Source of the DNA: Betaproteobacteria bacterium HGW-Betaproteobacteria-1 | GTDB lineage: Bacteria > Pseudomonadota > Gammaproteobacteria > Burkholderiales > Methylophilaceae | Length of the DNA: 64,000 bases | Direction of reading: 5' to 3' | Assembly (NCBI GenBank): GCA_002842435.1 | Contig: PHCX01000004.1 | Span: forward strand, 180,209-244,208 | Part shown: positions 48,801 to 58,132 of the stretch, piece after piece | Layout of the letters: the number at the start of each line of letters is the position of its first letter | How positions within the stretch are numbered: the stretch's first letter is position 1 | The notes under the pieces: model-generated | What the model was told of the DNA's origin: nothing | The model's database searches: none | What the model saw: only the letters and a program-made list of their open reading frames with translations | Position numbers and translations under genes: made by a program

Positions 48801-51476
48801 ATGAATAAAATACTCAAATACGGCGCTATCGCGCTGGCAGGCCTGATCGTACTGGTACTGGTCGTGGTCGGCATCGTCGCCGCCACGTTCAACCCAAACG
48901 ACTACAAGCCGATGGTCGTTAAAATGGTGCAGGAGAAGAAACAGCGCACCCTTAACATCGAGGGCGACATCAAGCTTTCATTCTGGCCGAAGATCGGCGC
49001 CAATCTCGGGCGCATCTCCATTTCCGAGCACAAGAGCGACAAGGAGTTTGCCGCAGTGGAGAGCCTCAAGGTCTCACTGGCATTGCTGCCGCTGCTGAAG
49101 AAAGAGCTGATCGTCGACACCATCTATGTCGATGGCGCACGCGCCAACATCGTGCGCTATGAAGACGGCACGACCAATTATGATGACTTGCTGAGCGAGG
49201 ACGAAAGCGAGTCTGAACAGATCAAGTTCGATGTCGACGGTGTCATCGTCACCAATTCCGCAATCACCTACACCGATCTGCAGGCCGGTAACGAGATCAA
49301 GCTGAGCAAGTTCAATCTGGAAACCGGGCATGTGGCGCTTGCCAGCCCCTTCGATGTGGCGACCGACTTCGAACTCTCCGCCAAGCAGCCGGAACTCAAC
49401 ATTGCCGCGAAGATCAAGGGCAACTTCATGGCTGATCCGGAACAAAAGCATTTCGTCGCCAAAGGACTGGATGCCAATGTGCAAGGCGATTTTGCCGGCG
49501 GCAAGGAAGTGGTCGTCAAACTGACCGGCGACGTCGATGCCAGGCCGGAGAATATGGAGTTTCTGGTTGACGGCCTGAAGCTGGCCATGACCGGCAATTT
49601 TGATGGCGCCAAGGTTGCGGTCGATCTGGTAGCACCGAAGCTGGTGGTGCAGGAGGACGAGGTCAGTGGCAAGGAAGCCAGCTTGAGCCTGACCCGGGAA
49701 AAAGGCAGCGACAGCGTCAAGGCCAATCTGGTGCTGGCCGATATCAAGGGCTCGCCCAAGGCAGTGCAAAGCAGCGGCATCAGCGGTGACATTGCTGCCA
49801 AGCAGGGCGCACGTACCGTGCAGGGCAAGTTCTCTTCGCCTTTCAGCGGCAACCTCGAACAGCTGATATTCGATCTGCCCAAGCTGGCCGGTAATCTGGA
49901 TGTGAAGGACCCGGCGCTGCCGGGTGGTGCCATGAAGGGTGATTTCGCGCTCAAGCTGCATGCCGACGTCAAGCAGGAGCAGGTCAAGAGCGATTTCAAT
50001 CTGGCCATCGATACGACCAAGCTCAACGGTGATGTGGCCGTGGCAGGCTTCAAGAAGCCCAATATCAAATTCAACCTGAATGCCGACACGCTGGACCTCA
50101 ACAAGCTGCTGGGACAACCGTCGGCCAAGGCTGAGAAGGCGGCAGACAGCGGTCCGGCCAAGCCGACAGACCTTTCTGCATTGAAGGACCTCTTGCTGGA
50201 AGGCAAGGTCAGCATCGGCAGCATTCTCTATGACAAGTACCGCCTGACCGGCCTTAACATGGGCATCAAGGCCGATGGTGAGCGTCTCAACGTCAGCCCG
50301 TTCGCCGTCAAGCTGGATGAATCGCAGATCAAGGGCAGCTTCGGCATCAGCCGTTTTGCCAAGCCGATCTATCATTTTGATGTGGATATCGACAAGCTCG
50401 ATGCCGACCGTTACATCGCCAAGTCCGACGACAAGCCGGCGGCCGCGGACAATAAGCCCGCCACCGATACGCCGATCGACCTGTCGGCGCTGAAGGCGAT
50501 CAATGCCGATGGCGAACTGCGTATCGGCTGGCTCAATCTGGCCAACGTCAAGTCGACCAATGTCCGCATCAAGCTCAAGGCGGATGACGGCGTGGCGCAA
50601 CTGGCACCGTTCTCTGCCAATCTGTATGAAGGCGCCATGAATGGCTCGCTGCAGGTGGATGCCCGTGCCATACCGCAGATCGCCTTCAAGCAGAACATGA
50701 CCGGTATTGCCATCGGTCCCCTGCTGGTCGATGCCATCAACAACGACATGTTGAGCGGTAAGGGCAATCTGAATCTGGATGTGAAAACCAGTGGAGCGAC
50801 GGTCAATACGCTAAAAAAGTCGCTTAACGGTACTGCCGGCCTGAATCTGGCCGATGGTGCCGTCAAGGGTATTGATATCGCCGGCACTATCCGTGGCTAC
50901 AAGGACAAGCTCAGCTCACTCAAGGGTCAGGCCAGTGTCGAGGGTGACAAGACGCAGAAGACCGATTTCAGCGAAATGTCGGCGACCTTCAATATCAAGA
51001 ATGGCGTCGCGCATAACGACGATCTCAACATGAAAGCGCCTTTGTTCCGTATCACCGGTAGCGGCGATATCGACATCGGCAATGAAACCATCGACTATCT
51101 GGCCAAGCCGACCGTGGTCAAGACGCTGGCCGGTCAGGGCGGTGCCGGTCTCGATGAGTTGAGCGGTGTCACCATTCCGGTCAAGCTGACAGGGACCTTC
51201 GCCAAACCCAAATATGCGCTGGATTTTGCCGGTGTGGCGACAGCCATGGCCAAGAAGAAGGTCATCGACAAGGTCGGTGGTGAAAAAGGCGAGGCGGTGC
51301 AGAAGCTGCTGGATGGCGATGCCGCGGGTGGGCTGGAAGGTTTGCTGAAGAAGAAAGCCGAGCCGGCGCCGACAGAGAAAACCGCAGATCCGGCAACGAC
51401 GCCTCCGGCTGAAGAGCAACCGGCGAGCAAGGAAGACAAGGTCAAGCAGAAGCTGGATAAGCTGCTCGGCTTTTAA
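48801..51476 (+). CDS. AsmA-family protein
   Basis: N-terminal anchor, FNPNDYKP, IEGDIKLSFWP, KTDFSEMSATF, NDDLNMKAPLFRITGSG. Confidence 0.9.
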   Translation: MNKILKYGAIALAGLIVLVLVVVGIVAATFNPNDYKPMVVKMVQEKKQRTLNIEGDIKLSFWPKIGANLGRISISEHKSDKEFAAVESLKVSLALLPLLKKELIVDTIYVDGARANIVRYEDGTTNYDDLLSEDESESEQIKFDVDGVIVTNSAITYTDLQAGNEIKLSKFNLETGHVALASPFDVATDFELSAKQPELNIAAKIKGNFMADPEQKHFVAKGLDANVQGDFAGGKEVVVKLTGDVDARPENMEFLVDGLKLAMTGNFDGAKVAVDLVAPKLVVQEDEVSGKEASLSLTREKGSDSVKANLVLADIKGSPKAVQSSGISGDIAAKQGARTVQGKFSSPFSGNLEQLIFDLPKLAGNLDVKDPALPGGAMKGDFALKLHADVKQEQVKSDFNLAIDTTKLNGDVAVAGFKKPNIKFNLNADTLDLNKLLGQPSAKAEKAADSGPAKPTDLSALKDLLLEGKVSIGSILYDKYRLTGLNMGIKADGERLNVSPFAVKLDESQIKGSFGISRFAKPIYHFDVDIDKLDADRYIAKSDDKPAAADNKPATDTPIDLSALKAINADGELRIGWLNLANVKSTNVRIKLKADDGVAQLAPFSANLYEGAMNGSLQVDARAIPQIAFKQNMTGIAIGPLLVDAINNDMLSGKGNLNLDVKTSGATVNTLKKSLNGTAGLNLADGAVKGIDIAGTIRGYKDKLSSLKGQASVEGDKTQKTDFSEMSATFNIKNGVAHNDDLNMKAPLFRITGSGDIDIGNETIDYLAKPTVVKTLAGQGGAGLDELSGVTIPVKLTGTFAKPKYALDFAGVATAMAKKKVIDKVGGEKGEAVQKLLDGDAAGGLEGLLKKKAEPAPTEKTADPATTPPAEEQPASKEDKVKQKLDKLLGF

Positions 51477-51519
51477 GGAAGATAAGCCCTTCAAGCTGTT
51501 TCAAGTTAAATCCAACTCA

Positions 51520-51567
51520 AAGCGCTCTTGCCGGACTGATCAATGTTCATCTCCGGCAAGGGCGCTT
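51520..51567. terminator. Hairpin between convergent asmA-family and micro-lipoprotein genes
   Basis: AAGCGCTCTTGCCGGA...TCCGGCAAGGGCGCTT (one G-U). Confidence 0.7.
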
Positions 51568-51585
51568 GTTATTGTCCGCTGAGGA

Positions 51586-51723
51586 TTAGCGTTTGTTGTG
51601 ACCAGGGGCGTTCTCGCTGTTACCGGGGCCGTGAGGGTCGTGGCCGGGCGGTACGCCGTGACGATGGTGATGGCAGGCGCTGAGAAATAACGTCAGCAGC
51701 ACGATAGAAAGCAGGGTTTTCAT
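51586..51723 (-). CDS. 45-aa His/Pro/Gly-rich micro-lipoprotein (not in ORF track)
   Basis: Hand translation MKTLLSIVLLTLFLSA/CHHHRHGVPPGHDPHGPGNSENAPGHNKR; lipobox LSAC; SD GAGGT 6 nt upstream. Confidence 0.8.
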   Translation of the reverse strand: MKTLLSIVLLTLFLSACHHHRHGVPPGHDPHGPGNSENAPGHNKR

Positions 51724-51839
51724 GGTATGACCTCAATGATGATGAACAAAGTACACACAAGCATGGTGCCCGTGCCTCAACAGTGTATCCTGAAGTGCGC
51801 ACCTGTATTCATTCAAGTTGCGCGGCCGGTTGCTTCAAG

Positions 51840-52892
51840 GTGAATCAAGTCGTGTCCGGTTTCGCCGGTCTGATCATTCAATGGCAAAAGCAGCATGGGC
51901 GTCATGACCTGCCCTGGCAGAATACGCGCGATCCCTATGCTATCTGGGTGTCCGAGATCATGCTGCAACAGACGCAGGTAACGGCGGTCATCGGCTATTA
52001 CCAGCGCTTCATGCAACGCTTTCCCGATATCGCCAGTCTGGCTGCAGCCACTCAGGATGAAGTGCTGCAGCATTGGAGCGGGCTGGGTTATTACTCAAGA
52101 GCCAGAAACCTGCATCGCGCCGCACAGATCATGGTCGAGCAGCATGCGGGCAGGTTTCCCGATCTGCTGGAGCAGATTCTGGCCTTGCCGGGTATCGGCC
52201 GTTCTACTGCCGCGGCCATTTCCAGCTTTGCTTTCGATCATCCCGAGCCGATTCTGGATGGTAACGTCAAACGTGTTTTCGCCCGCCATTTTCTGGTCGA
52301 GGGTTGGCCCGGTCTGCCAAAAGTGGAAAAACAGATGTGGCAATTGGCCGACAGCCTGATGCCGCAAACGGAGGTCGTCGCCTATACGCAGGGCCTGATG
52401 GATCTGGGCGCGACGCTGTGCACGCGCAGCAAGCCGCGCTGTGCTGAGTGTCCCCTGCATGTCAGCTGCGGCGCCCTCGCACAGGATAAAGTGAAGCAGC
52501 TGCCTGCTGCCAAGCCGCGCAAGGCGCTGCCGGAAAGAAGTGTCACCATGCTGCTGTTGCTGCAGGGCGACGAGATTTTGCTGGAAAGGCGTCCGCCCAG
52601 CGGTATCTGGGGCGGGCTATGGAGCTTGCCGGAAGTTGAAACCGGAAGCGATGTACAAGTTACGGCACGCGAACGTTATGGCCTGGAAACCGAGCAGTTG
52701 CAGTCATTGCCTGTGCTGAGCCATGCCTTTACCCATTTTCGCCTGCATATCACACCACAACCCTTGCGCATCATCGGCAATTTGCCTCGCTTGCAACAGA
52801 ACTCCAGCGTCATGCTGAGCCGGAAAGATGCGATTGGTGCTGCGTTACCGACACCCATCAGAAAAATACTCCGCGAATTGGGATCGGCCTAA
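51840..52892 (+). CDS. mutY: A/G-specific adenine glycosylase
   Basis: WVSEIMLQQTQV, LPGIGRSTA, DGNVKRV, CTRSKPRCAECPLHVSC; GTG start 51840. Confidence 0.96.
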   Translation: MNQVVSGFAGLIIQWQKQHGRHDLPWQNTRDPYAIWVSEIMLQQTQVTAVIGYYQRFMQRFPDIASLAAATQDEVLQHWSGLGYYSRARNLHRAAQIMVEQHAGRFPDLLEQILALPGIGRSTAAAISSFAFDHPEPILDGNVKRVFARHFLVEGWPGLPKVEKQMWQLADSLMPQTEVVAYTQGLMDLGATLCTRSKPRCAECPLHVSCGALAQDKVKQLPAAKPRKALPERSVTMLLLLQGDEILLERRPPSGIWGGLWSLPEVETGSDVQVTARERYGLETEQLQSLPVLSHAFTHFRLHITPQPLRIIGNLPRLQQNSSVMLSRKDAIGAALPTPIRKILRELGSA

Positions 52893-53593
52893 CCCGCCTT
52901 GCGAAAAGTCAGGTTGATGCGCTGATTGCCCAAGGCCGGATGACGGCCTGCCATGATGGGCAGGACGCCGTGATAGCGCAGGCGGTCCTCGCCACCCCAT
53001 ACCACCACGTCTCCATGTTGCAGTTCCATGCGTAGTGCCTTGTCGCTGCGACGCAGGCCGCCGAACAGGAAAGTGGCGGGCAGGCCGAGGGAGACCGAGA
53101 CGATAGGCTGGCTGAAATCGCGTTCATCCTTGTCCTGATGCAAGCCCATTTTGGCACCGGGGCTGTACTGGTTGACCAGGCAGGCATCCGGTTCGAAATC
53201 AGAAAATCCGGCCGCGTCGGCGGCGGTAGCGGCCAGCGAGGAAAAGACATCGGGCATGGCCGGCCAGGGTCGGCCGCTGACCGGATCCCTGTCCTCGTAG
53301 CGGTAGCCTTTTCTGTCCGACACCCAGCCCAGTCGGCCGCAACTGGTGGTTCTGACCGACATATTCTGGCCGCCGGGCGTGATCATCTGGCGCAAGGAGG
53401 CTTCTGCAATAATGCGCTTCAGTGCTTGTAACAGCTCCGTTTCATGTTCGAGTGCGAAACCCCGTAGAAGCCATGATTCCGGGCCAATTTGCAGTGTTGT
53501 GGCGTCAGATAATCCATCGAACAGAACCAGGTTCTGCCCCTTCAACGTGGTTTCCCGGTATACCTCTCGACCATCTTCTGATTCAAAGACCAT
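52889..53593 (-). CDS. alkB: Alpha-ketoglutarate-dependent dioxygenase AlkB
   Basis: GWVSDRKGYRY, CLVNQY, LHQD, YHGVL, RINLTFR; start uncertain. Confidence 0.92.
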   Translation of the reverse strand: MVFESEDGREVYRETTLKGQNLVLFDGLSDATTLQIGPESWLLRGFALEHETELLQALKRIIAEASLRQMITPGGQNMSVRTTSCGRLGWVSDRKGYRYEDRDPVSGRPWPAMPDVFSSLAATAADAAGFSDFEPDACLVNQYSPGAKMGLHQDKDERDFSQPIVSVSLGLPATFLFGGLRRSDKALRMELQHGDVVVWGGEDRLRYHGVLPIMAGRHPALGNQRINLTFRKAG

Positions 53594-53613
53594 GACCGCT
53601 ATAGCTGTTTTAC

Positions 53614-56073
53614 TCAGATAGAAACCGATCTGACCTGGCCGATATCAGTCAGGCCCTCCAGCACTTTCAGTATGCCGTCCTGCTTGATGGTTCTCATGCC
53701 AAAAGTCTGGGCAGCGTTCAATATTTCGCTGACCGGCGCACGCGTCTGAATCAGATGCTTGATGGTTGGTGTTACCAGCAGCAACTCATGCAGACCCATG
53801 CGCCCGCGATAGCCGGTATTGGCGCAGGCATTGCATCCGCGTGCGTGATACAACTGGAACTTCTTGTCGGCTGCAAAACGGAATTGCCAATCCTGCAGAA
53901 CTGCGGCGGCATCCAATTGTGTACCACTGACATATTCTTCTGCCAGCTCATCCATTTCAGTTGGTTCCGGTTCGTAGGCTTCCTTGCATTCAGGACATAG
54001 TGCCTTTGCCAGACGTTGCGCCAGTATTGCCTGCAAGGCATCAGCAAAGTTGAAAGGATCCATACCCATATCCAGCAGCCTGATGATACTTTCGGATGCG
54101 CTATTGGTGTGCAGTGTGGACAGCACCAGGTGGCCGGTGAGTGAGGCCTCGATGGCGATCTTGGTGGTCTCCTGGTCGCGCATCTCGCCGACCATGATGA
54201 CGTCCGGGTCCGCCCGCAGGAAACTGCGCATTGCGGCGGCAAAAGTCCAGCCAATCTTGGCGTTGACCTGAACCTGCCTTAATCCGGCTTGTGTGATTTC
54301 AACCGGGTCTTCTGCTGTCCAGATCTTGCGGCCCGGGGAGTTGATGTAGCCGAGCAGGGAATGCAAGGTCGTGGTCTTGCCGGAGCCGGTAGGGCCGCAA
54401 ACCAGTATCAGCCCGTAAGGACGCTGCATGACCTTTTGCAGATCGTGCAGCGTGCTGCTGGCCATGCCCAGTTTTTCCATGGATAGCGGCTTGTTGGAGG
54501 CAAGCAGGCGCATGACTATGTCTTCCATGCTGTTACTGGTCGGGATGGTGGCTACCCGCAACTCGACCTTGGATGGACCGAACAACTGAAAGTTGATCTT
54601 GCCGTCCTGCGGTTTGCGCCGCTCTGAGATATCCAGTTGCGCCATGATCTTGATGCGCGAGATTATGGCATCGCGTGCGCTGGAGGGGATTTCCATATAT
54701 GGGACCAGTGTGCCGTCCTTGCGGAAGCGAATGCGGGTATTCTGTTTGCCTGAGTAGGTTTCGATGTGGATGTCTGAAACGCCGTCCTTGTGCGCGTCCA
54801 TGATCATCGTGTTGACGAATTGCACCAATGTGTTGTCTGATTCCGCTACCGGTTTTTCCGGTATCTCCAGTTCGATGCCTTCATCAAACAGTTTTTCAGT
54901 CAGTTCGCCGGCATCGATGCCCTCGCTCGGGTCGTGATGAAAGCTGTATTCGTCTCTGCCCTGCTTGCTGAATTGGACATCGAATGGCAGGGCTTCGGTT
55001 TTGTTGGGATATATCCGGTCGATTGCTGCGAAGATCTCTTCGCGTGAGGCCATCGCCGGCACGACCTTGCGTTGTATGGCGAAACGCAGGTAATCCAGTG
55101 TCTTGCGATTGAGCGGGTTCTCCAGAGCGACAATCAGCGTTTCGTCATGCAGGCAGAGAGGAGCTACCCCATGCCTGTGTGCCATGCCGCGATCCATCAG
55201 TGCGACAGCTTTCGGATCAAAGTTGAATTTGGCCAGACTGACGTAGGGAATGCCAAGCTTTTTCGCCAGCGCTCCTTTCAGCGTCTGTTCGTCAATTACT
55301 TTCATCTGTAGCAGGATCTGCCCCAATTGCATGTTGCGGTTTTTCTTCTGCTCTTCGAGTGCTTTTTCCAGTTGGGTCGTGTCTATCAGCCCAAGCTGTT
55401 GTAAAGCTTCACCGAGCCTCAGGATCGGCTGGCTTTCCTGTATTTTGATTGCCGCATTCAATTCCTCACTGGAAATGATTTTGTGCTCTGACAAATAGTC
55501 GCCGATACGTTTGTTACGGAGCTCTCTCTGATTTAAAAGGGCTTCGTCAACTTTTTCCGGGCTGGCCAGCTGTTCGTCAATCAGCATTTCGCCGATACGC
55601 AGGCCCATCTGGCAGTGGGCGATCGCCTCGTGCGGGATAAATTGGCGGACGATGCGTTCGTCAGTTGTCGGCGAGAATAAATAGATACCATTGGCGGTGT
55701 TGTAAAAACCGAGAGTCTCGCCCTGTTGTATTTCCTTGTCGTGGAATTCAATGTGATAGGGCTGGCGCTCTGAGGGGTCAAACATTTCCTCGGCGCGAGA
55801 CTCCAGTTCTGTCTTCTGTTTACGGATCTGCATCGAGCGTATCAGGCGCATGCTCTTGATATCTTCGAAGCGGATGGTTTCCTTTGCATCGCTGCGAGAG
55901 GATTGGAATACGATACTGGAGGCATCCGGTAGAAATTCCAGCAACTCACCCAGTAACTTGTCACCGTTACGCAGATAAATCAGGCAGCTCTCGAGGGCTG
56001 TTTTGTCGCTGTCATTCTGCGGCAGAAATTCAAAAAAGAGTGGTGTGGGCCATTCAAGTTGGGCGTTATGCAT
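53614..56073 (-). CDS. GspE/PilB-family secretion ATPase with tandem MshEN-like motifs
   Basis: GPTGSGKTTTL, EDPVE, FLRADPDVIMVGEMRD, TGHLVLSTLHTN, CPEC...CNAC; four RLG-type motifs in the N-terminal half. Confidence 0.92.
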   Translation of the reverse strand: MHNAQLEWPTPLFFEFLPQNDSDKTALESCLIYLRNGDKLLGELLEFLPDASSIVFQSSRSDAKETIRFEDIKSMRLIRSMQIRKQKTELESRAEEMFDPSERQPYHIEFHDKEIQQGETLGFYNTANGIYLFSPTTDERIVRQFIPHEAIAHCQMGLRIGEMLIDEQLASPEKVDEALLNQRELRNKRIGDYLSEHKIISSEELNAAIKIQESQPILRLGEALQQLGLIDTTQLEKALEEQKKNRNMQLGQILLQMKVIDEQTLKGALAKKLGIPYVSLAKFNFDPKAVALMDRGMAHRHGVAPLCLHDETLIVALENPLNRKTLDYLRFAIQRKVVPAMASREEIFAAIDRIYPNKTEALPFDVQFSKQGRDEYSFHHDPSEGIDAGELTEKLFDEGIELEIPEKPVAESDNTLVQFVNTMIMDAHKDGVSDIHIETYSGKQNTRIRFRKDGTLVPYMEIPSSARDAIISRIKIMAQLDISERRKPQDGKINFQLFGPSKVELRVATIPTSNSMEDIVMRLLASNKPLSMEKLGMASSTLHDLQKVMQRPYGLILVCGPTGSGKTTTLHSLLGYINSPGRKIWTAEDPVEITQAGLRQVQVNAKIGWTFAAAMRSFLRADPDVIMVGEMRDQETTKIAIEASLTGHLVLSTLHTNSASESIIRLLDMGMDPFNFADALQAILAQRLAKALCPECKEAYEPEPTEMDELAEEYVSGTQLDAAAVLQDWQFRFAADKKFQLYHARGCNACANTGYRGRMGLHELLLVTPTIKHLIQTRAPVSEILNAAQTFGMRTIKQDGILKVLEGLTDIGQVRSVSI

Positions 56074-56226
56074 CGTTTCTATCCCCGCAGTTAGCAAACC
56101 GGCACTCCATCATCAGTGTTAAAGGATACCATCAAATCGTATCGGTCTTGGTAGCAATGAACTAGGCTGTTGTGATTGTCCAGACGGATATTTAAAGACG
56201 TGAGATATTGCTTTTTCCGGGCGTAA

Positions 56227-56250
56227 AAAAAGCAGCCGAAGCTGCTTTTT
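56227..56250 (-). terminator. Terminator after the fae paralogue
   Basis: AAAAAGCAGC-cgaa-GCTGCTTTTT. Confidence 0.85.
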
Positions 56251-56265
56251 AATGGGTGTCCGGGT

Positions 56266-56817
56266 TTAGATGTCGCCCCAGCTTTCGTCCCACATGCAGT
56301 GCTTGATGGTGCGACGGTTCTTGATCAGTTCGTCGATCGAAGGCTCGTCGTTCAGAGCACGCTTGATCGCCAGCTTGGTGGCTTCGTAGTTGTTCTTGTA
56401 CATGTCGGCCTTGTCCAGCTTGCCTTCTTTCGCCAGTGCGGCGCAGCCCGGATCGATCCAGACCAGGGAGACGATGCACAGGTCGTTGACCTGGTCCTTG
56501 GGGATGATGCCTTCGATCACGCAGTCGACAATCGCATCTGCAGTGGCAGCCTGGACAACACCGCCGAACAGTTCGATGTTGATGGAATCCTTCAGGGTGA
56601 CCTTGGGTACCATCATGGCGGCAGGGCGCACCAACTGGTTGATGTCACGGACGACGAACATGGCGGTGTGGCCCTTGCTTTGCGCCATCATGTTGGCGAA
56701 TGCAGTGCCGACCGGGCCGTCAACGGCACCGATGAGGATTTCCGGCATGGCAGCGGTAACGTCCTTGCCTTCAGTGAAAATGGTGGCTTCACCAGCCTTG
56801 AAAACGATCTTGGACAT
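56266..56817 (-). CDS. fae: Formaldehyde-activating-enzyme family paralogue (Fae2/Fae3-type)
   Basis: GEAT, ILIGAVDGPVGTAFAN, KVTLKD, VQAATADAIVDCVIEGIIP, NNYEATKLAIKRAL. Confidence 0.88.
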   Translation of the reverse strand: MSKIVFKAGEATIFTEGKDVTAAMPEILIGAVDGPVGTAFANMMAQSKGHTAMFVVRDINQLVRPAAMMVPKVTLKDSINIELFGGVVQAATADAIVDCVIEGIIPKDQVNDLCIVSLVWIDPGCAALAKEGKLDKADMYKNNYEATKLAIKRALNDEPSIDELIKNRRTIKHCMWDESWGDI

Positions 56818-56951
56818 GGAATTCCTTTGATTAACGAGTGGGGAAAGGCGCTATTTTACCGAAGCAGGCAACAATCAACAAATGGCAACCGCATGCCAAG
56901 CGGATTGAAAATCAGGAGCTTAGGTCATCACAATGTGGCGACCGACACTAC

Positions 56952-57392
56952 TCAAGTCAGTTGCATGTCGCAGTGCGGGATACCGGCATCCGGATATTCC
57001 TCACTGCAGACCCGGAAGCCGGCACGTTCATAGAAGGGAATGGCATGCGTTTGTGCCGAGAGCCGGATCGGGCCATGGCCGCGCTGGCGGCACAGGCGAA
57101 CGGCCGTTGTCAGCAAGGCATCGCCAATGCCATGTCTGCGCCAGGATTTACACACGGCCATGCGGCCGATGATATTGGGTTCGAGGATACGGGCGCAGCC
57201 TATCGCCCGGCCATCTGCATCCAGCGCCAGCAGATGAATTGCGGTTTCATCCAGCCCGTCCCATTCCAGATCGGGCGGCACCTGTTGTTCTTCAATGAAA
57301 ACTTCAGTGCGTATGCTGCTCAGTCGTGCCTTTTCGCCAGGCCAGTCGACTATCTCGATTGTGAATGGCCGGGGGGTGTCAGCGTGTTTCAA
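56952..57392 (-). CDS. GNAT acetyltransferase (ElaA/YjcF-like)
   Basis: IRTEVFIEEQQVP, IGRMAV, RRHGIG, LSAQTHAIPFYERAGF. Confidence 0.9.
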   Translation of the reverse strand: MKHADTPRPFTIEIVDWPGEKARLSSIRTEVFIEEQQVPPDLEWDGLDETAIHLLALDADGRAIGCARILEPNIIGRMAVCKSWRRHGIGDALLTTAVRLCRQRGHGPIRLSAQTHAIPFYERAGFRVCSEEYPDAGIPHCDMQLT

Positions 57393-57616
57393 TTGGATTG
57401 TGCATCAATATCCTGCTGCATTTGTGCTGCAGATTGCTCGATGGAGGCAGCGGCCTCTTCTGCACTTTTCAGAACCTCGCGTTGATCCTCTGCGATTTTC
57501 GGGGTCGAATCGGGCGGTGAGCAGGCGGCCAATGCCAGACAGAGCAGCATTAGTACGGACAATAATGGAACGGAAAGTAAGGGCCCGGAAATAAAATCAC
57601 TGGTACGGTCCTGCAT
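57389..57616 (-). CDS. Small lipoprotein
   Basis: GGAG SD, lipobox LAAC, Ala/Gln/Glu-rich helix; TTGA overlap with the GNAT gene. Confidence 0.7.
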   Translation of the reverse strand: MQDRTSDFISGPLLSVPLLSVLMLLCLALAACSPPDSTPKIAEDQREVLKSAEEAAASIEQSAAQMQQDIDAQSN

Positions 57617-57702
57617 GATGTCTCCCTGCTGCAGACTTGCAGCCATAAGTACTTCCGTGCATTATGCAGCATCTTTTTCACGATACAAACAAGGGTAAAT
57701 CG

Positions 57703-58080
57703 ATGAACAAATATCTGGCAGTGTTGGGTCGCGTGCTGCTCGCCCAAATTTTTCTGGTGCAGGTTATCATGCTGATCAACAGTTTCATGAGCAATCCGAC
57801 CGGTTATGAACAGTATCAGATGGGACTTGCCAGCCACGGCTTACCCGGCATCTTTGCGCCGTTGATCATACTCATTCAGATGGTCGGTGGGCTGGCCTTG
57901 CTGTTGGGCTACAAGACGCGTATCGCTGCCATTGTCATGGCGGTCTATGCCTTGTTCATCATGCTGGCCGGTTTGACGCCTGCACCGCTGCAGTACCTTG
58001 CTATCGTCGGTGGTCTGCTGGTGCTGGCAGCCAATGCCGAGACGGCATTCAGTCTGGATAGCTGTAGGAAGAAGTCTTGA
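57703..58080 (+). CDS. DoxX-family membrane protein
   Basis: LGRVLLAQIF, GGLALLLGYKTRIAA, LAIVGGLL. Confidence 0.88.
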   Translation: MNKYLAVLGRVLLAQIFLVQVIMLINSFMSNPTGYEQYQMGLASHGLPGIFAPLIILIQMVGGLALLLGYKTRIAAIVMAVYALFIMLAGLTPAPLQYLAIVGGLLVLAANAETAFSLDSCRKKS

Positions 58081-58094
58081 TTTAAAAAAAACAG

Positions 58095-58117
58095 AAAAGG
58101 CGCCAACGGCGCCTTTT
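58095..58117. terminator. Bidirectional terminator between doxX-family gene and ispH
   Basis: AAAAGGCGCC-aac-GGCGCCTTTT. Confidence 0.85.
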
Positions 58118-58132
58118 TTATTGACCAGGGGA

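Noticed and set aside
53614-56073. Type II secretion system call
   Set aside because: Only the ATPase is present; no gspD, gspF or pseudopilin genes adjacent.
56883-56898. Sigma54 promoter for the fae paralogue (TTGGCATGCGGTTGC on the minus strand)
   Set aside because: GG-to-GC spacing is 9 nt, not the required 10; kept only as a palindrome.
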